Assembly: GCA_965649825.1 (NCBI GenBank)
Contig: OZ287700.1
Span: 1,116,001 to 1,180,000 of the forward strand
Reading direction: 5' to 3'
Source: Penicillus capitatus
Taxonomy: Eukaryota > Plantae > Chlorophyta
Length of the DNA stretch: 64,000 bases
Position numbers and translations under genes: made by a program. Within the stretch, counting starts at the first letter, position 1. Each line of letters opens with the position of its first letter. The notes under the pieces are model-generated. The model was given only the letters and a program-made list of their open reading frames with translations, made no database searches and had not been told where the DNA came from. Below, piece by piece: positions 1-14,261 of this stretch.

Positions 1-307
1 GCTTTATCCAACATGCGCTTGTTTTCACGAAGCCTCTCTGGCGAACAAACACACGCACTCGGTCTTTACTCGCGTTGCTCGGGGACACACCAGAGACGCT
101 CTTGCGACTGCCGAAGAGACTCAACATTTTGATGCTTTGATAGAATGCGAAATATCCGTCGTCGCTTGGAGAATGTATGTATGTTCGTGCAGTCTCCGGA
201 CACAGAAACGACAAATCGCGATAAGACGAATGTACGACTATCGTGTCACTGTATTGATTATCCCTGAACTAAGATTTTTTTGCAAGTGCAACGCACGACG
301 GTGAGCG

Positions 308-1582
308 ATGACACTCGTCGACGACTTCTCTCGGGCAACCGAGGCCTTTAAGGTTCGATAGGACTACTTCTGTCGTCTTCTGTACGCACATACTCCAGGT
401 TGCTTACCGAGCGGGAAAGTTCGAAACCTGCAAGACCGATTTGACGAAACTTAAGGTGCGAACGGCACAGTCTGGCAAAGCAGATGGCTCAAAATGCGGC
501 TATGCAGATTATGATGACGCAGTTGCCTTCTTTGTCGCCTGTGGCTGGGCAGAATCTCCCGACAGCGGAAAAAGAGAACCTCCTGGCTCGAGACGTCTTG
601 GAACATGCCGTGCTTTTGAGTATACGCCTTAAAGACGAAGAAAGCTTCGACCGCAACTACCTCCAGTTGGAGACCTTCTATTTCGACAAGTGTCACATCA
701 CTGTACGATGCCTGGCATGAGAATGACGATCGGTGTGCCTGCCTGCATGAATGCAGAGATTACTTACCGCCTTCTCAAAAACAGCAACTGATTCTGGGGC
801 TGAGGCTGGTTCTGTTGCTGGTTCAGAAACGGACTGCGGAGTTTCATACAGAACTGGAGCGCATTCCGCCTCAAGTAGGGATACAGACGGAGAAAGATGC
901 AAATAGGAAGTGTGATTTGTGTGACAGGTTCACGAAACAGATGTGTATGTCCGCCATGCCATTCAACTGGAACAATGGTTGATGGAAGGGGCATACAACA
1001 AAGTGCTGGCGTCCAAAAACAATCTGCCGGCGGCCGAGTACTACGCGTACTTCATCGATCAGCTGGCCACAACCGTTCGGTAGGTGCCGCCACGTGATGG
1101 GACAGCCGAGATCGTAATATGCGATTCAGGGAAGAGATAGCGAGCTGCTGCGAGAAAGCATATCGAACTCTCAAAGTATCGGATGCTAAGAAGCTGATGA
1201 TGCTGGATTCCACGCAAGATATGCTCAATTACGCTCAACAAGTGTGATTCGCCCCTCTCTCTACGATCCTTAGACCCTGATGTGTGCAATGGATAGATGA
1301 AGGAATTCAATGAGAGGATGGAGGATGGGATGGAGGACGATGGAAACAATAGAGAGGACGTTGAGATGAGCGACAACAACGGTTCCTCAGGGAACAACGT
1401 AACCGTCACGCATACCGTTAAATGCTCAAAAAATCGATTTGTGTGAGCAGGTCGCATGGGGCGTTTGCAATGGAGTCATTCATTTCAAGCCGGAAATGCA
1501 CCAGAGCACAGCCGAGCTATCGTCGTTAGAAGTCATCAAGAGGACGCTGATGTACGCAAGGGAGTTAGAGAGAATTGTGTGA
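308..1582 (+). CDS. RPN12: 26S proteasome regulatory subunit RPN12 (PSMD8), multi-exon
   Basis: Spliced translation MTLVDDFSRATEAFK|VAYRAGKFETCKTDLTKLK|IMMTQLP..ARDVLEHAVLLSI..LILGLRLVLLLVQKRTAEFHTELE..AIQLEQWLMEGAYNKVL..YARELERIV* matches RPN12 hallmark motifs; introns about 46-54 nt. Confidence 0.95.
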
Positions 1583-1727
1583 GACAGATAGATACTCCAA
1601 GTAAAGGACTTTCGCCCTTTAAAGGTGTCTCAATCTCGCACACGCTTATCTTCGATCGTGCATCGATTAAGACGAAATCGCGACGTCGATCGGGACATCG
1701 AAACACAAGATCGATCGATCGGCAGAC

Positions 1728-4421
1728 ATGCGTCGTCATGCATCGTCGCGATATTCGTCATATGACACAGATCGCGATGCCGATCGCCTGAATAACGATC
1801 TCGGTCGAGATCGACGCAATTCAAACAAATCGTCGCCGAAAGAGAAAAGAGAACAACTGTGTGAAGCGACGACCGTTGTCGAACATCTTCCTACGGAAAG
1901 GAATGCGACGTCCAGTGCCGACAGGCCGCGAGATGCAATGCACATGGTGGATGTCGAGATCTGGACATCATCCGCCTTTCTGCGTGATCGTATCGGATCG
2001 GCGCCGCATCGACAGGCGCCATGGCTGCGTGTCGTCGGTAATGGATGCTCCTCGGCAAAGACGCAGCCAGTCTTGCGTCCAAGCACGGCGCCCTCCACCG
2101 TCAAGAGAGTCCACTTGACGCCGAGATCTCCGTTAAGCGCCTATCGTCCACATGTCGTTTCTACGCCTCGATTGCCAACTCGAAAGCCCAAACCGCGCAA
2201 GACGGTAGAGAAGTCGCCGCAGCTCGGCGTCCAAGGCAAAGAGACCCTTTGCGAAAAGAAAAAAGAAAACGATGCCGCGTTGGCAAAGAAGAAGAGCCCG
2301 ATCGTGGCCGGCGAGATGACTCGACGCGATCAGCTGAAGAACCGTCGGGCGATCGCCAAATCGAAAGCGGAGAAAACATTTCGTCAACTGCTCGATCTCG
2401 ACGAGGGAGACAACCCAAAATGTCCACCATCTCTTCGCTTTCCTCCTTACATCGAACCGAATCCCGTTCCAGGTTCTGTCGCTACAGTACCCGAATAGTC
2501 GACGATATCTCCTTTGCGTGTTAGCTAGGACGAGAGGGGACTATTTGTTTCAAAGGTATTCCCTCAGAGAAAGAAGAGCGCGGTCTCGTTGCCTACCGCG
2601 GCAAAAAACTCCTCGTGCATTTCTCCGGCATGGCAAGTTCCCCTGTCCGTCTGACGTTTCTTAAAGCGGGCTTCCGCGTGACCAAGTCGCCGACGAAATG
2701 GAATGTCCTCTGGGGCATCGCACCGTCGGCCAAAGTGTTTGAAAGAATGAACAGGTGAGAGAATGTATGACGCGACGACACGGCGGCGTCGATTTCTGTT
2801 GCCAGATTTCAGCGCGTCAATCACTTTCCTGGATCCAGCGAACTCGGACGGAAGGATAGACTCTGTCGCAATTACAGAGCCATGCAGAAACGCCATCCCA
2901 CCGAATTCAGATTCATGCCAAAGTGTTTTCTGTTGCCCGAAGATCGCGTGGCTCTGCGACAAGACATGGCCCGATTCCGAAGGCGTCTCTATATCGTCAA
3001 ACCCGTTGCCGCTTCGTGCGGACGCGGAATCCGCATCACCAGCAATCCTGTCGTCTTCACCTGTGCGCAGGAGTGTGTCGTCCAGCGATACTTGGCCAAA
3101 CCGATGACGATTGACGGTTTCAAGTTCGATCTGCGTATCTACGCTGGTGTGACAAGTTACCGGCCAATGCGTGCCTACGTTTACGGAGACGGTCTCGTAC
3201 GATTTGCCACGAAACCTTACACGTCGAGCAAGGTATCCGTCTGACGCGGCAGCTCTGATGAATAACGCGGCGTCGCGCAGGGCCATATGGATAACCGTTA
3301 CGTACACATCACAAACACGAGCATTAACCGGCGAAGCAGCGATTACGTAAAAAACCGTGACGCGGAATCGGCAGACCGCTGGTCCAAGTGGAGCATTCAC
3401 TCTTTGCGTGCCTATCTCGTCAGGAATCGCCTCGTCGAATGGAGTCATGTGTGGAATCAGGTTCGAACAGACAACATCACCATTCATTAAACCACCCTCG
3501 CTGACGCATTCATCCATGTCACCACTCCCTCTTTAGATTCGGGACATCGTGGCCAAGACCTTCTGGTGTGTCGAGGAGCGCATGGTTGAGCATCTTCAGG
3601 CGCATCGTGTGCCTTACTCGACATCGTGTTTCGAAATCTACGGATTTGATATCCTACTCGACGCGTCATACCGTGCCTGGCTGCTGGAAGTTAACACATG
3701 GCCAGACTTGGCAGGATCGTCGCCACTGGATCAGAAACTCAAGACGGAACTGATTGAAGACATGATGCACATGATTGGTGTTGTCCCACGAGGCCCGCCT
3801 GCGAGGCAGACGATGGACGAGACACAGGTGGCCGCTGCTCGACAGGAACAGGACGAGAATTCGCGTCGCGGAGCGTGGGAAGTTATTGTTGCGCGGAAGC
3901 GATCATTACGTAAGCCTGTCGTCACATCGCCCGTCTCCTTAGGGCAGCTCTGGCCCTCAGACTGACCAATCCGGAAAGCGATTTGCAGAAATCCGATACT
4001 TGACCATTCAAGGTCTGGCTTGTGGGCTGAACAGCATTTCGAGTGCATTGCTTGTACAGACCTTACTTTTCACGTCCGAGGTCCTTTGCCTTGCAACAGT
4101 GCGCAGAAACCCGTTATTGCGTCGCGAACGGAGCGCAACATGAGCGGAGACGACACATACGCACCGAAGTCGGCGTTCGTCGTCGACGGTGTACTCAAGG
4201 AGGTCGATGACCAAGTGCGCAAGTTGGATGAGTGTGTCGGAAAAATCGCGTCTGAGATGCTCAGCGCTGATGCCGCCGCCTCGAAGTCTCTCGTTGACCA
4301 GGCGCTAGACGCCAATCAGAAATCATGCATTCTTGCAGAACTCCGAGTTTTGCTCCAACAACAGAAACAAAAAGAAGGTGTCAGCAACACCCTACCCACC
4401 ATATGCATCCCCTTCATCTGA
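1728..4421 (+). CDS. Tubulin-tyrosine ligase-like (TTLL4/5-type polyglutamylase family), multi-exon; 3' end uncertain (3965 or 4421)
   Basis: Motifs WNVLWG, YIVKPVAASCGRGI, VVQRYLAKP..KFDLRIY, GLVRFATKPY, HITNTSIN, CFEIYGFDILLD..WLLEVN; long low-complexity N-terminus. Confidence 0.85.
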
Positions 4422-4619
4422 GCCAGCAGTGTCTATGTAGGAGGCAATGCTTTGGTGCCTCAGGCTGTTGTGGATTTGATACAGATGGGGCGCTCGAGCT
4501 GCAATTATCATTTGGAACGTGCTTTTGGCGAGAAAGCGTATGCCATGATGGACGACGAAACACATAAGCCAAAGTACTAACACACACCCGAAGACGACCA
4601 GAGTTCTATTCCCCCGTAC

Positions 4620-4643
4620 CCATCCATCCATCCATCCATCCAT
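4620..4643. repeat. (CCAT)6 microsatellite
   Basis: ccatccatccatccatccatccat read directly. Confidence 0.9.
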
Positions 4644-5596
4644 GCACGCACGTATCACCCAACATCCAAGATTTTTTATACAGAGAAGTCTGTCTGGTAT
4701 TCTTTTGGCGTTGAACTTCTTCCTCATCACTCTTTGGCGTTCTTCACTACTTTGACAGCACAAGGACTACTACTAATGCATTCTATCCACGCCCGTTCTT
4801 TTTGCATGTGGGATCTGCAGGACGCGATGTGACGGGATCCTCATGATCCGTCTGTGGTGATCCTGCTGTCAGTGCGTCCATTATTGGAAAACAGGCATCA
4901 TTTCCCCTACGAATCGCTGACGATTCAGACGTTGCGATTGAACCAGTCAGCTATTTTATGTTTCTGAGTCCAGGTTTTTGTCAGAGCACTAATACTTTGA
5001 TGAGAAAGAATGGTTACTAGCTCACAGAAATAAAGACATCAGAACTATCGTGTTTACCGTTTCCGTTTCTTTCGTGTCTTTTCTTCGGCCATGATGGTGG
5101 CATTAAGACGAAAAGATTTCTTTCTGTCTGGGGGATCTCTTAAGAATCAGTCTTGCCTTGTTGTGGACTTGTGGACGCGCCATGATTAGATTCTATGTAA
5201 CGTATACAATTGAAGGAAGGGAAGTCCATCGCCCAGCGAGACGTGGTCCTCCTGTGAACGATGTCTCTTGCTGTTACTCTCAGATCATCGCTGAACATGT
5301 ATAAAAGACACTCTGTATCAATCATATACCCCATCACACTCGACGCATCATCATTATGGACTGTCTCCGTCAATTTCGTGGCGTCGATGAAGTCACTCTG
5401 TAACGACTGCCGTGTACACAGAGAGCGTTTCGGGCAGCGAGCACGATACGGTCGGCCGACCTCTGTGTCCAGATTCTTTATATTTGCAACGTTATGTGGA
5501 TATCATTGTCTGCGATGGTGAATGAAGACGCCAATATGAAGTGTACTGTTGTCTGTCTGTCTGTCTGTCTGTCATCGCAAGGTATTCTCGTTACGG

Positions 5597-8500
5597 CTAC
5601 TGCATCGTTATCACTTTGACATGGTTAATTTTCCAGCGCCCTTCATCGTCCATAATCATGTGATAGGCCACATTGTATCGACTCTGGGCGCCAACCTCTC
5701 AAAGAGCCTGTTTCGGTGGGAGTGGGAGTGGATACCTTGTATCGATCGACTTCTTTTCCGTTCACTCCATACATCACTGCACGTTCTTTGAGCGTTGCTA
5801 GTACGTCGATGTAGCCATCGGCATCGTGGAGATGAGATGTATCCACACGCTTGACCTATATCAGCCACGTATATGCATTGTATGTGTTTAGCAAGAGAAC
5901 AGCCAACCTTGCATTGATCGAGCTTGTATTTCCAGAACAGGCCACGCTCGGCAACGGACTGGATGTTCTTGGACCACGTCTCGAGCATTGGATCGGCCAA
6001 GACACGCCGCATATACTTGAATTCATGCTTAGGTCCCAGCGCTTCTGCCTTGGCAAACTAGGCAGGCACATTGCATCGTCTGATGCCGCGTTCGTCTATG
6101 GCAATACACATCTACCTGCCATTTCTGGATGAGCTTTTCTGCATCGGCCTTTCGCATCGGAAGGACAGGATTCTTGAGCTTTTTCTTGTCCAGGGTGGAG
6201 GATAGAAGCTCTCCGGGAGGCGTTGCATGGGTCTTGATTTCGGCGGCCGAGGCTTTGGATTCTATGAAATCTTTGGTCGCATGCATCCACGGATGGCGAA
6301 TGAGTGCAAAGAGCGCAGAACCCAGTGCCAAACCACCCAGCATAGGAATCCATCCGGCGTGGCGTCGCCTCTTCTGTGCAGCACCTGGCAGAGAATAGGG
6401 CCGAGAAATATACGACATGGAATTCTGAGCCGAGCCAAGCCGAAACAGCCGTCGATCTTTGCCCTATACCCAATCGTGGCACGGCAGACAGCACAAGAGA
6501 AGGAGATAGACCTGATGAAGTGATGGCGGTTTGGTGCCGTTGCTCTTGGGATCCACACCAAATGGAAGAGTCCCTGCATTTCTTTCCTCCTTCTTGCTCA
6601 GAGGAATCATTCCAAACAGACCTAGAATACACACAGCGCTGCAGCTTACACCGACAGTGCCCTTGTGCAGACCGTTGTGTGATCCACTGCTAGAATTCAA
6701 GGAGTTCTGCACTTTTCGATCCTTAAAGTAATCGACCAGTGTTGCCGATGGTCGACCCGTCGCAGTGTCTCTAAACTGAGTGAAACCCGCCTAAGTCATA
6801 TCCACGTCTCAGGCCTCGTGGAATTTCGTCAGAGCTCGGCGAGAGAGATTACGTTTTGTAGCCATCTCTCAGCGAAGAGGCACATTCCGGGCAGATAGTC
6901 ATCATTGTTTGGTTCAGAGTGTGCTCGGATGAACGCAAACGTTTCATTTCGCCCTGGCAAGACTTTTGCTCCAACGGCATTTTGGTCGACAGGTATGACC
7001 GCCTCTCTGACTGCTCCATTTCTTTGAGCGTGATCGGCATCTCCTCTCAACTCTGTCCCGCCTCTAGGTAAACAGCAACGACGTTGTCACAACAGATCGT
7101 CATGACCATCGTACTCCTGCTTCCCATTGCCTTCCGCTTTGTCCAGTATCTCGAACGCACTCTCAACCTCGCCCAGTAATAACTTACAAATGACATGCTC
7201 AATGTGTGCCTCCCGATCCTGAAAACCCAAAACTGGCTGGCAGGAATACCGTCAGGAAGTTATGGATCACTTTTCCAGGGAGATTCAAAATCGTGTCCAT
7301 GTTGTGAACCAGTGCCGGTCTGCGTTGCAGAAACCCAACAACAATGTGCACGGCCGCTCCCTTCAACAAGAGTCCTGGATAGTACCTGTCACAACAGCGC
7401 TTCTTGCATGCCATCCCTTGTGGAAGAAAGACGAGAACGCCTACCATCTGACACACTTGGGATCCGATAGGACCGTTGTCCAATCGATGATTTGTAAAAT
7501 TTCGGTACTCGTGAGGCAGTCGATCACTTGTTTTACATAATGCCGATCGACACCGATGAAAGAATGATCCGAACTCCGCGGCACGGCCAACAATCCCTGT
7601 ACCCCCTTTACGAAGAGGCAGATGGACACTCGTACATTACCTGCAAGATAGCTATCGCATCTTTCCTTCCCTTCATGTTATTTGTATTCAATGGTAACTG
7701 CAAAGAGAGAATGAAGACGGTTTAAGGGCTAGGATCAAACCTTAAGCTGATCCAAGACGCATTTGGGGACATACGTTTCAAGTGCATCTTCGATTTCTTT
7801 TGACAGTCCTGGTGCGAGTTGCGGCGATCCTCCGTCTCTCAACAGCTGCAGGGCAGCTTCCATACATGTACAAGCCATCGCCACCTGCATCGCTGCTCTC
7901 TTGAAAACTCTCTCTTTCCACACGGCGAAACCTGATTTGAATTAGAAAAGTAATACTCTGCCTGGCCCAGTTTGGCCAAAGCCATGGACAACAGAACGTC
8001 TCGTTTCATATTACTGGCATCTCTCGTTTCGAGCATCTTCGTTCCCAACTGGATCACCAAATCATACTCTTCTGCCTAAAGGGTCTGCCAATCGGCATCG
8101 TGTGAGAGAGTGACATGTGTGACCTCAGCCAGTAGGGACAGCGCCCCGGGTATGAGATGATAGGCCAGTTCGATTCCTTTGCTCTTTTCGGCTGTATGTT
8201 TCTTGCCAATGGATTTCAGGGCAATGTCTTTGGCCTCTTCCAGAAGTTGCTGACGACCCGCCATCGTCCTGGCACTGAAGCCTTCTTCGATCTCGGCTGC
8301 CGAGAGTCTTCCGAATGCTGTCAGTACTTTACTCTCACTCAAAGTCTCACTCGAACGCAGTCCCATCAACTGATCTCGCTCACAATTGTACTGTTCTGTG
8401 CCAATCTGTCTTTACCTGTATGTAGTCAACCGGAAGGTGAATCGCTTGTGTGCCTTTGTTGGTGCTAAGGAGAGGAGATTGCTGGAGGGCGTTGAGTTTT

Positions 8501-8688
8501 GTGGGCCGTTTGGGATCGACACGCGGAACCGAAGGCGCGACGTGGAGATTGCGTCGTGTATCTGGAGTCGCGGTCGGTCGACGGTCGCATCGAGAAGTCG
8601 GCGTCCGTTCGCGTCGTTGCCGGGAAATGCTCAAAACCGGTTGTCGATAGTGCCGCGAAAAACATTGCAATGGTGCTCCGAAACTCAT
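5597..8688 (-). CDS. ARC6: Plastid division protein ARC6 (J-like domain, transmembrane helix, C-terminal IMS/DUF4101 domain), multi-exon
   Basis: Transit-peptide-like N-terminus, LPVDYIQ|MMGL, IPGALSLLAE, KRDVLLSMALA, LAPGLSKEIEDALETYVPKCVLDQL, DDYLPGMCLFAERWL, TM GWIPMLGGLALGSALFALI, AEKLIQKWQ..AEALGP..MLETWSKNIQ..WKYKL..GRWKIN. Confidence 0.93.
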
Positions 8689-10766
8689 CACGCTGCCTTG
8701 TTGTGGAAAACGTCCGTCGATCGATCGATCCATCGATGGAAATAAAGGGCATTTGCGATTGAGGAATGCAGTTACCGAAATCTTGGCCGATCTTCGCGAG
8801 CCTGGCGATGATTGCATGGGCTGGTGCACTACAGTATCATATGTATACAGTAAAGCGGAGCCCGGAGTATCAAGAGAAGTTCAAAGACACAAAGCCACTG
8901 CCTTTTGCAAAACTCCTCTTTGGGCCTTTTCGTAAAGAATAGGACAAGGGTCTCTGTTCTGCCCGCAGTCGACGGATTTTCGTCTGGGGTCACCAACGAA
9001 GTTCAGTTCGCTTGAGTTCTCTTGCATTTTCTGAGAATTATGAGACTTGGCCTTAAGGACCACAGGAGTTGATTAGCGATCTGGGAAATGAGGCCCGTGC
9101 GGTTTTGTAAAGATCTTTGGATATGTGATGTGACGTCTTCGAAGACGCATTTCTTTGGAATGATCTCATGATTCGATGGACGGACTGTATGAAAAAGTTG
9201 TACTATGTGTGGCAGGCAGTGCTGAAAAAGTATGACATGGCTATGTAACTCATTTAGTTAGATAGCCGACACCATCAGCTATTCACAGTGTGCTACGACG
9301 TCGCCTTATTGGTAAAACCGTCTTTCTCGAGCGATGATCATTTTGATCATGAGTGCGATGTTAGATCCCAGCGATCAGGATTTCATCGTCTTCGAGATTG
9401 GTTGCGTGCAAAGGATGGGATGGATAAAGAGCGACACGTTTACGATTGAACGATGTAGGTAGGTATGGACTTCACTGATTCGAACAACGCAATGCTCATC
9501 TGCTTTTCGCTGAATATCTGAGGTGCATTCAACACAACTGCAGCAAAACGTCCTACAGGCGACTACTAGCACTACGGTCGTTTCTTTCTTTCACGATTGA
9601 TGATTCCACTTCAAGTGTAAGAGTCAGATCCGTCGTAGGATACCCGTTATGGCTTGTTCGATCGACGAAAACCGAAGGCAGGTGAAAATCTTCTTTCTTT
9701 CCCTGTGATAAGAATCATCTCGCCTTTTGGCTGAATCTTCAAAGTTCCAATAGATGAATGCATCCAATGCACCCACTCACTTACCTGATTAAGAAACATG
9801 TGCTACGCTAAGAGTCGAATGATTGGCAAGATATGGTTGTATGGAGCCAGCCAGCCACTCTACGGGTTATAACACGTCGACTTCTCAACGGATGACGTTA
9901 TAGTAAGCAGAGAACGCCAGAAAGGGTTTTGTGCATGTGCCTCGTGGCCCGTGTTCCCCGTCCATTAAGCATTTGAAGGACGAGTCGATGAAGCCATACG
10001 AAATACTGCAGAGCAATATTCAGCACTCGAGGTAATTGAAGAGGGAAGCACTTCAAGTGCCATTTCCCTTCAAGTCAACAGACACTTAGCCGTCGCCGTC
10101 TCCGCCGCCACGCATCAGTAGACATCCGGTCAAAGTCCTCCTCCCTCAGCGACCTTTCTCGCGATGCTTCCGTCTTCGGCACGTGGTGTTGATGCCAAAC
10201 AAAAGCGAGGTCTTTACATTCTGCCCCCATGTGTATCGCGGATGCCGGTTATTGTTCAATCCCGTAAGCGCCGATGGCCCCCATTCCTGCACTTCACTGA
10301 AAGTTCACAACGCTGCTCGTGTCTCTCGTCACGCTTCTCATCAAGTTCTTGATCCGTACGCTCAGTTTCATCAAGACGCGTCTCCCATTGACATTCCTCT
10401 ACATCCGTCGATATTTCAGATCGGCGTCCTACAGTACTGGATCAGATTTCAGCAAGCCATTTATTTGGCTGTACCGGCTTTCTGCGCGGCACAGATGAAA
10501 CGCGGCCTCCTCATGTGTCGCTCTTTCGACCACGCATTGTCTGTACATCTCGCCATTTCTGCACTGCAATGATTTGGCAGGTACTGTGAAACCGACGGTG
10601 GTATGTTATGATACGACAGCTGCACTACGAGGCCGATTTGCCTTGCTCTTCATTTAGTTGACAGTAAACTCTCAGCTGACTATTTTGCATTCGAACGGTA
10701 TCATGAATCAAGGACGCAGTCGCTCTTGGTCTGACCGCATCTCGACGGACTTCGCGGATTTTCCAT

Positions 10767-11607
10767 TTGCTGAATGCAAGTAGTGTCCATCAACTGCGCC
10801 ACGGCACATCGGATGTCACCCCATGTTTTCTTTCCCATAGGGTATCGCCTTTCGTTTATAACGGACACAAAAAGCGCTACGTCATTGACGCGAATGGATG
10901 GAAGTGGTCGACGCGATCGATTCCGTTTGGCCCGGAGGGAAGACTCGACTTAGGCGACGGCGGGCGCGTCTCTTACTTTCCTCGATACTTTGCAGATGCT
11001 GACACTATATTCCAAGCGCTCAAGTCTGAAGTGCCGTGGGAGGAGAGGAAGATTCATCTGTTTGGCAAGGAGATCATGCAACCACGTCAGATCTCTTTTA
11101 TGGCCACCGATCCGTCTCTCTCGTACACCTACTCAAGAGTGACACTTCAGCCATTAGCACTGACCCCTACTGTGGCCAAAATTCAATCCATCCTTGAAGA
11201 ATTGCTCAAAACAACATTCAATTGTGTCTTGTTGAATCACTACCGTAGCGGAAAGGACCACATGTCCTGGCATGCCGACAAGGAGCGGCTTTTTGGACCG
11301 AATCCCATCATTGCCTCTGTCTCGCTGGGTCATCAACGCGCCTTCGATCTTCGCAACAACGCCCGGACGAGCATGCGATGGAGGTCAATCTATACCTGTC
11401 ACATCATCAGGTTGCGCTCAACAGCAGCTTTTTGGATGTTATAGGTATCTGTTGGGCGGGGGAGACGTACTGATCATGGAAGGTGGCGCCGTTCAGAAGA
11501 ACTGGAAACATGCCTTGATTCAGAACAAAAACCTCAAAGGAGAAAGGATCAATCTGACTTTTCGTTTGATTACCGACCCAGAAACGCATGATAGCAGTAA
11601 TACTTAG
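10767..11607 (+). CDS. AlkB-family 2OG-Fe(II) dioxygenase (ALKBH2/3-like); start uncertain, one intron near 11385-11443
   Basis: LLNHYRSGKDHMSWHADKE (HxD), IASVSLG, distal His in WKHAL, terminal RINLTFR. Confidence 0.9.
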
Positions 11608-14200
11608 CAGAAAGTGTCAATCATTCCTTTCAACCATGTTGCAGTCGCCTAACTTTCATCATTTGCCACTTCATCGGTAACAATTCTGTGAACCCGTGAC
11701 CGGTTGTGAAAAGCTACAGTTACCATTTGGACGCTGAAGATGGTTGATTCTTTCCGAAAGATCTGTGAATGTTCCGAAATCGTCGATTGCGATCGTCGGC
11801 GTACCTTCGTCATCGCGACTTTCAAAGGCGTCGGCGCAGTTCAGAATCCTCACACATACTTGCAATGAGATTACTCGGCGACAAAGTCGCTTAATAAGTG
11901 GATATGTTCATTTGTGGCATGCCTATCGCAATGGTCCTCCTGGCAAAAAGATCCACTCTTTTGTGAAAGCCGATAACAGATCACTCCAGATGCTGCGGAT
12001 CGATGGAGACTGGGGATGGAAGAAAGACAGGTCGGATCTCAAGAATGACTAGCACCAGATCTGTCGATGAAAAGCGATACCGATCGATTCCGACGACGTT
12101 ACCTAGTGTGTCGATTGGCCGGTTGATCGTGTTATGCACTTGATCGAACTGTAACGTCACATTATCCCGTAATCGAGTGATGGATGGTATTAACGGGAGA
12201 GCATGTAAATTCAGGACGTGCCATGCAAGCCTATGACGAGATTTCGAACAGTTGTGAACGAATGGGTCGGTTTACGGATCATTTCCTTTTCCGTCACCTT
12301 CGTCCTCCTCTGCCAAATCATGACTGTTCTTTTTTGAACCGTCACAAGGTTATCGAAGACTTAGTACTGTCCGTTTCGTGTTCTCTTTTCACCAGAAGGT
12401 CTCTAGGACACGAATGTTGACTAGTTTATTTCCAGTCGGTGTTCAAAAGCATCTCCACTTGTGTGAAATACTGCTCCAACTTCTCGGATAGCACTTCGGA
12501 TGACGATATACGTTTCTAAAAAGCGGTGGGTTTGTCGATCCGTGGACTATCATTCAGTGTATGTGTCTTTTTTTGAAGTGTATCTTATAAAAACAAAAGC
12601 GTAGAGAAAAACAAGAATCTTTTTTGCGAGCGACAGTCGCGATCAGAGAGAGATAATGATCGCGATCGATCTCGAAAACATCGCATTCGAGCAGACGATC
12701 TTTGCATTATGGTGTCGTGTAAGGTAAATAATAGAGCCGTCAACCATCGTCGCGATCGCTGTATCGATCACATCGAATTACATCTCAGTCCTCTGCGTTA
12801 CAATCGCTAAACCACGATGAAGTTCAGATATCGTCACTAGAAGCCGATCGATTATTGGAAAATCACAGCGAGGGTAGGAGACAGTACCCAGTTACGTCGT
12901 TTCTGGGGTAAAAGAAGCATCCGGTGAGTTTTCTGATCTATGGTTGACCGACGAAAACATCTTGCCCAAGATTTATGTCGTTACCGTAGTCATATCTCCT
13001 CGGCGAGGATTCGTGTTAGTGTGAGACAATCAATCATGCTTTTACAGTTGGATCGTCGCCGATGTCCGAACGAGAATGGATCTCCAGATCTACAAATGCG
13101 AAGACGTACCCGGGGAAGCAACATTTGGCCTAATCAAACGCCATCGAGACTTGACTGCATAGTGCTGCAAGGTGAACTGGTTGATACCACTATTTGAAAT
13201 ACCGACGACAAACCGGGGTGTGATTCATCTAAAAACTGTATCGGAAAAGGAAGCTCAACTAAAAACCAACAAATTGATCGTAAAAGTGATCGCCGGAGTC
13301 CACATGCAACCGTGGCTTTTAATCTTCAGTGCTATCGGTGTGATCGAAAGATGACAGTGTTTGAGCAACTTTCGATGTGAAAAAAACTGAATAGATGTTA
13401 AACAGTGGAAGTCTTAACCTTGCGTCATCAAAGCATTCGGAGAATTCCTGCAAGATGGAAGTACTACTCTCGATGTTTGATCTTCGTAGCGGTTTTTCAT
13501 CCGCCTCTATCTAAAGAGACAAAAGACCTATTCTTCGAGTTCGAAGGACGTGCTAACAGATATCAGAAATTGCCGATGAGCTTTGCAGCGTCTACTTGCA
13601 TATTTGTGGACCGATTACAAAACGCCTGTCTCGCACCGACGCAATCAGCTTTGTCGTCAGCACCAAAATCGGAAGAAAGTTGTCCTTTGTACAGAACGTC
13701 CGATCGGGGATAGTCCTGGACAGCGTGAAAGGAATCCGAAATTCGTGTCAATATCGCAAAGAACAGTGGCAGCGAGATAGGTGTTGTTTCTTGGCTATGA
13801 TATCTCGGCTGGAAACCTTAATGTGTCGACTTTCATAGCGAATCAGGTCAATCTCCTGCATGAGGCGGCATTCATAACGCAAATTCGCGCGATTCTCAAG
13901 GCCTTTAGCGTATGGGTGACGCGTGTCCAAACATTTCGAACAAGCCGAGTACTTTGCAAATCGAGACAATCAAGCCTCGATCGGATCGAGTTTTGCTCGA
14001 TCGATAGCGATCGATGTCGAAGTTGGTGTTGGCAGAAGCTGTTGACAGAAGCTGAACCTCATCGTCAAACGCGCACGAAGAAACGGTCAGAACGAAGCCG
14101 ACAATTAAAGACAACAATAATCAATCGTCTCGGCAGATGATGGGCTCACAGTTGGCATGGAACCGAGTCGCCGATCAAAATCGACAGTTGTTATCAGCAT

Positions 14201-14261
14201 TGGACGAGGGCGATTGCCAATCGATCATGGACGAGGGCGATTGCCAATCGATCATGGACGA
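14201..14261. repeat. 27-nt tandem repeat, about 2.3 copies
   Basis: TGGACGAGGGCGATTGCCAATCGATCA twice plus TGGACGA. Confidence 0.9.

Noticed and set aside
2564-3517. 317-aa minus-strand ORF
   Set aside because: Antisense to TTLL exons; no recognisable motifs
4392-5520. Possible small multi-exon minus-strand gene between TTLL and ARC6
   Set aside because: Exon-like pieces exist, but no coherent model or homology could be built
8750-10600. Exon-like fragments on both strands
   Set aside because: Probably one or two real spliced genes, but no family is recognisable and the frames could not be joined with confidence
14201-14261. CRISPR-like repeat (also 32379-32433)
   Set aside because: Head-to-tail duplications with no spacers, no cas genes and a eukaryotic context
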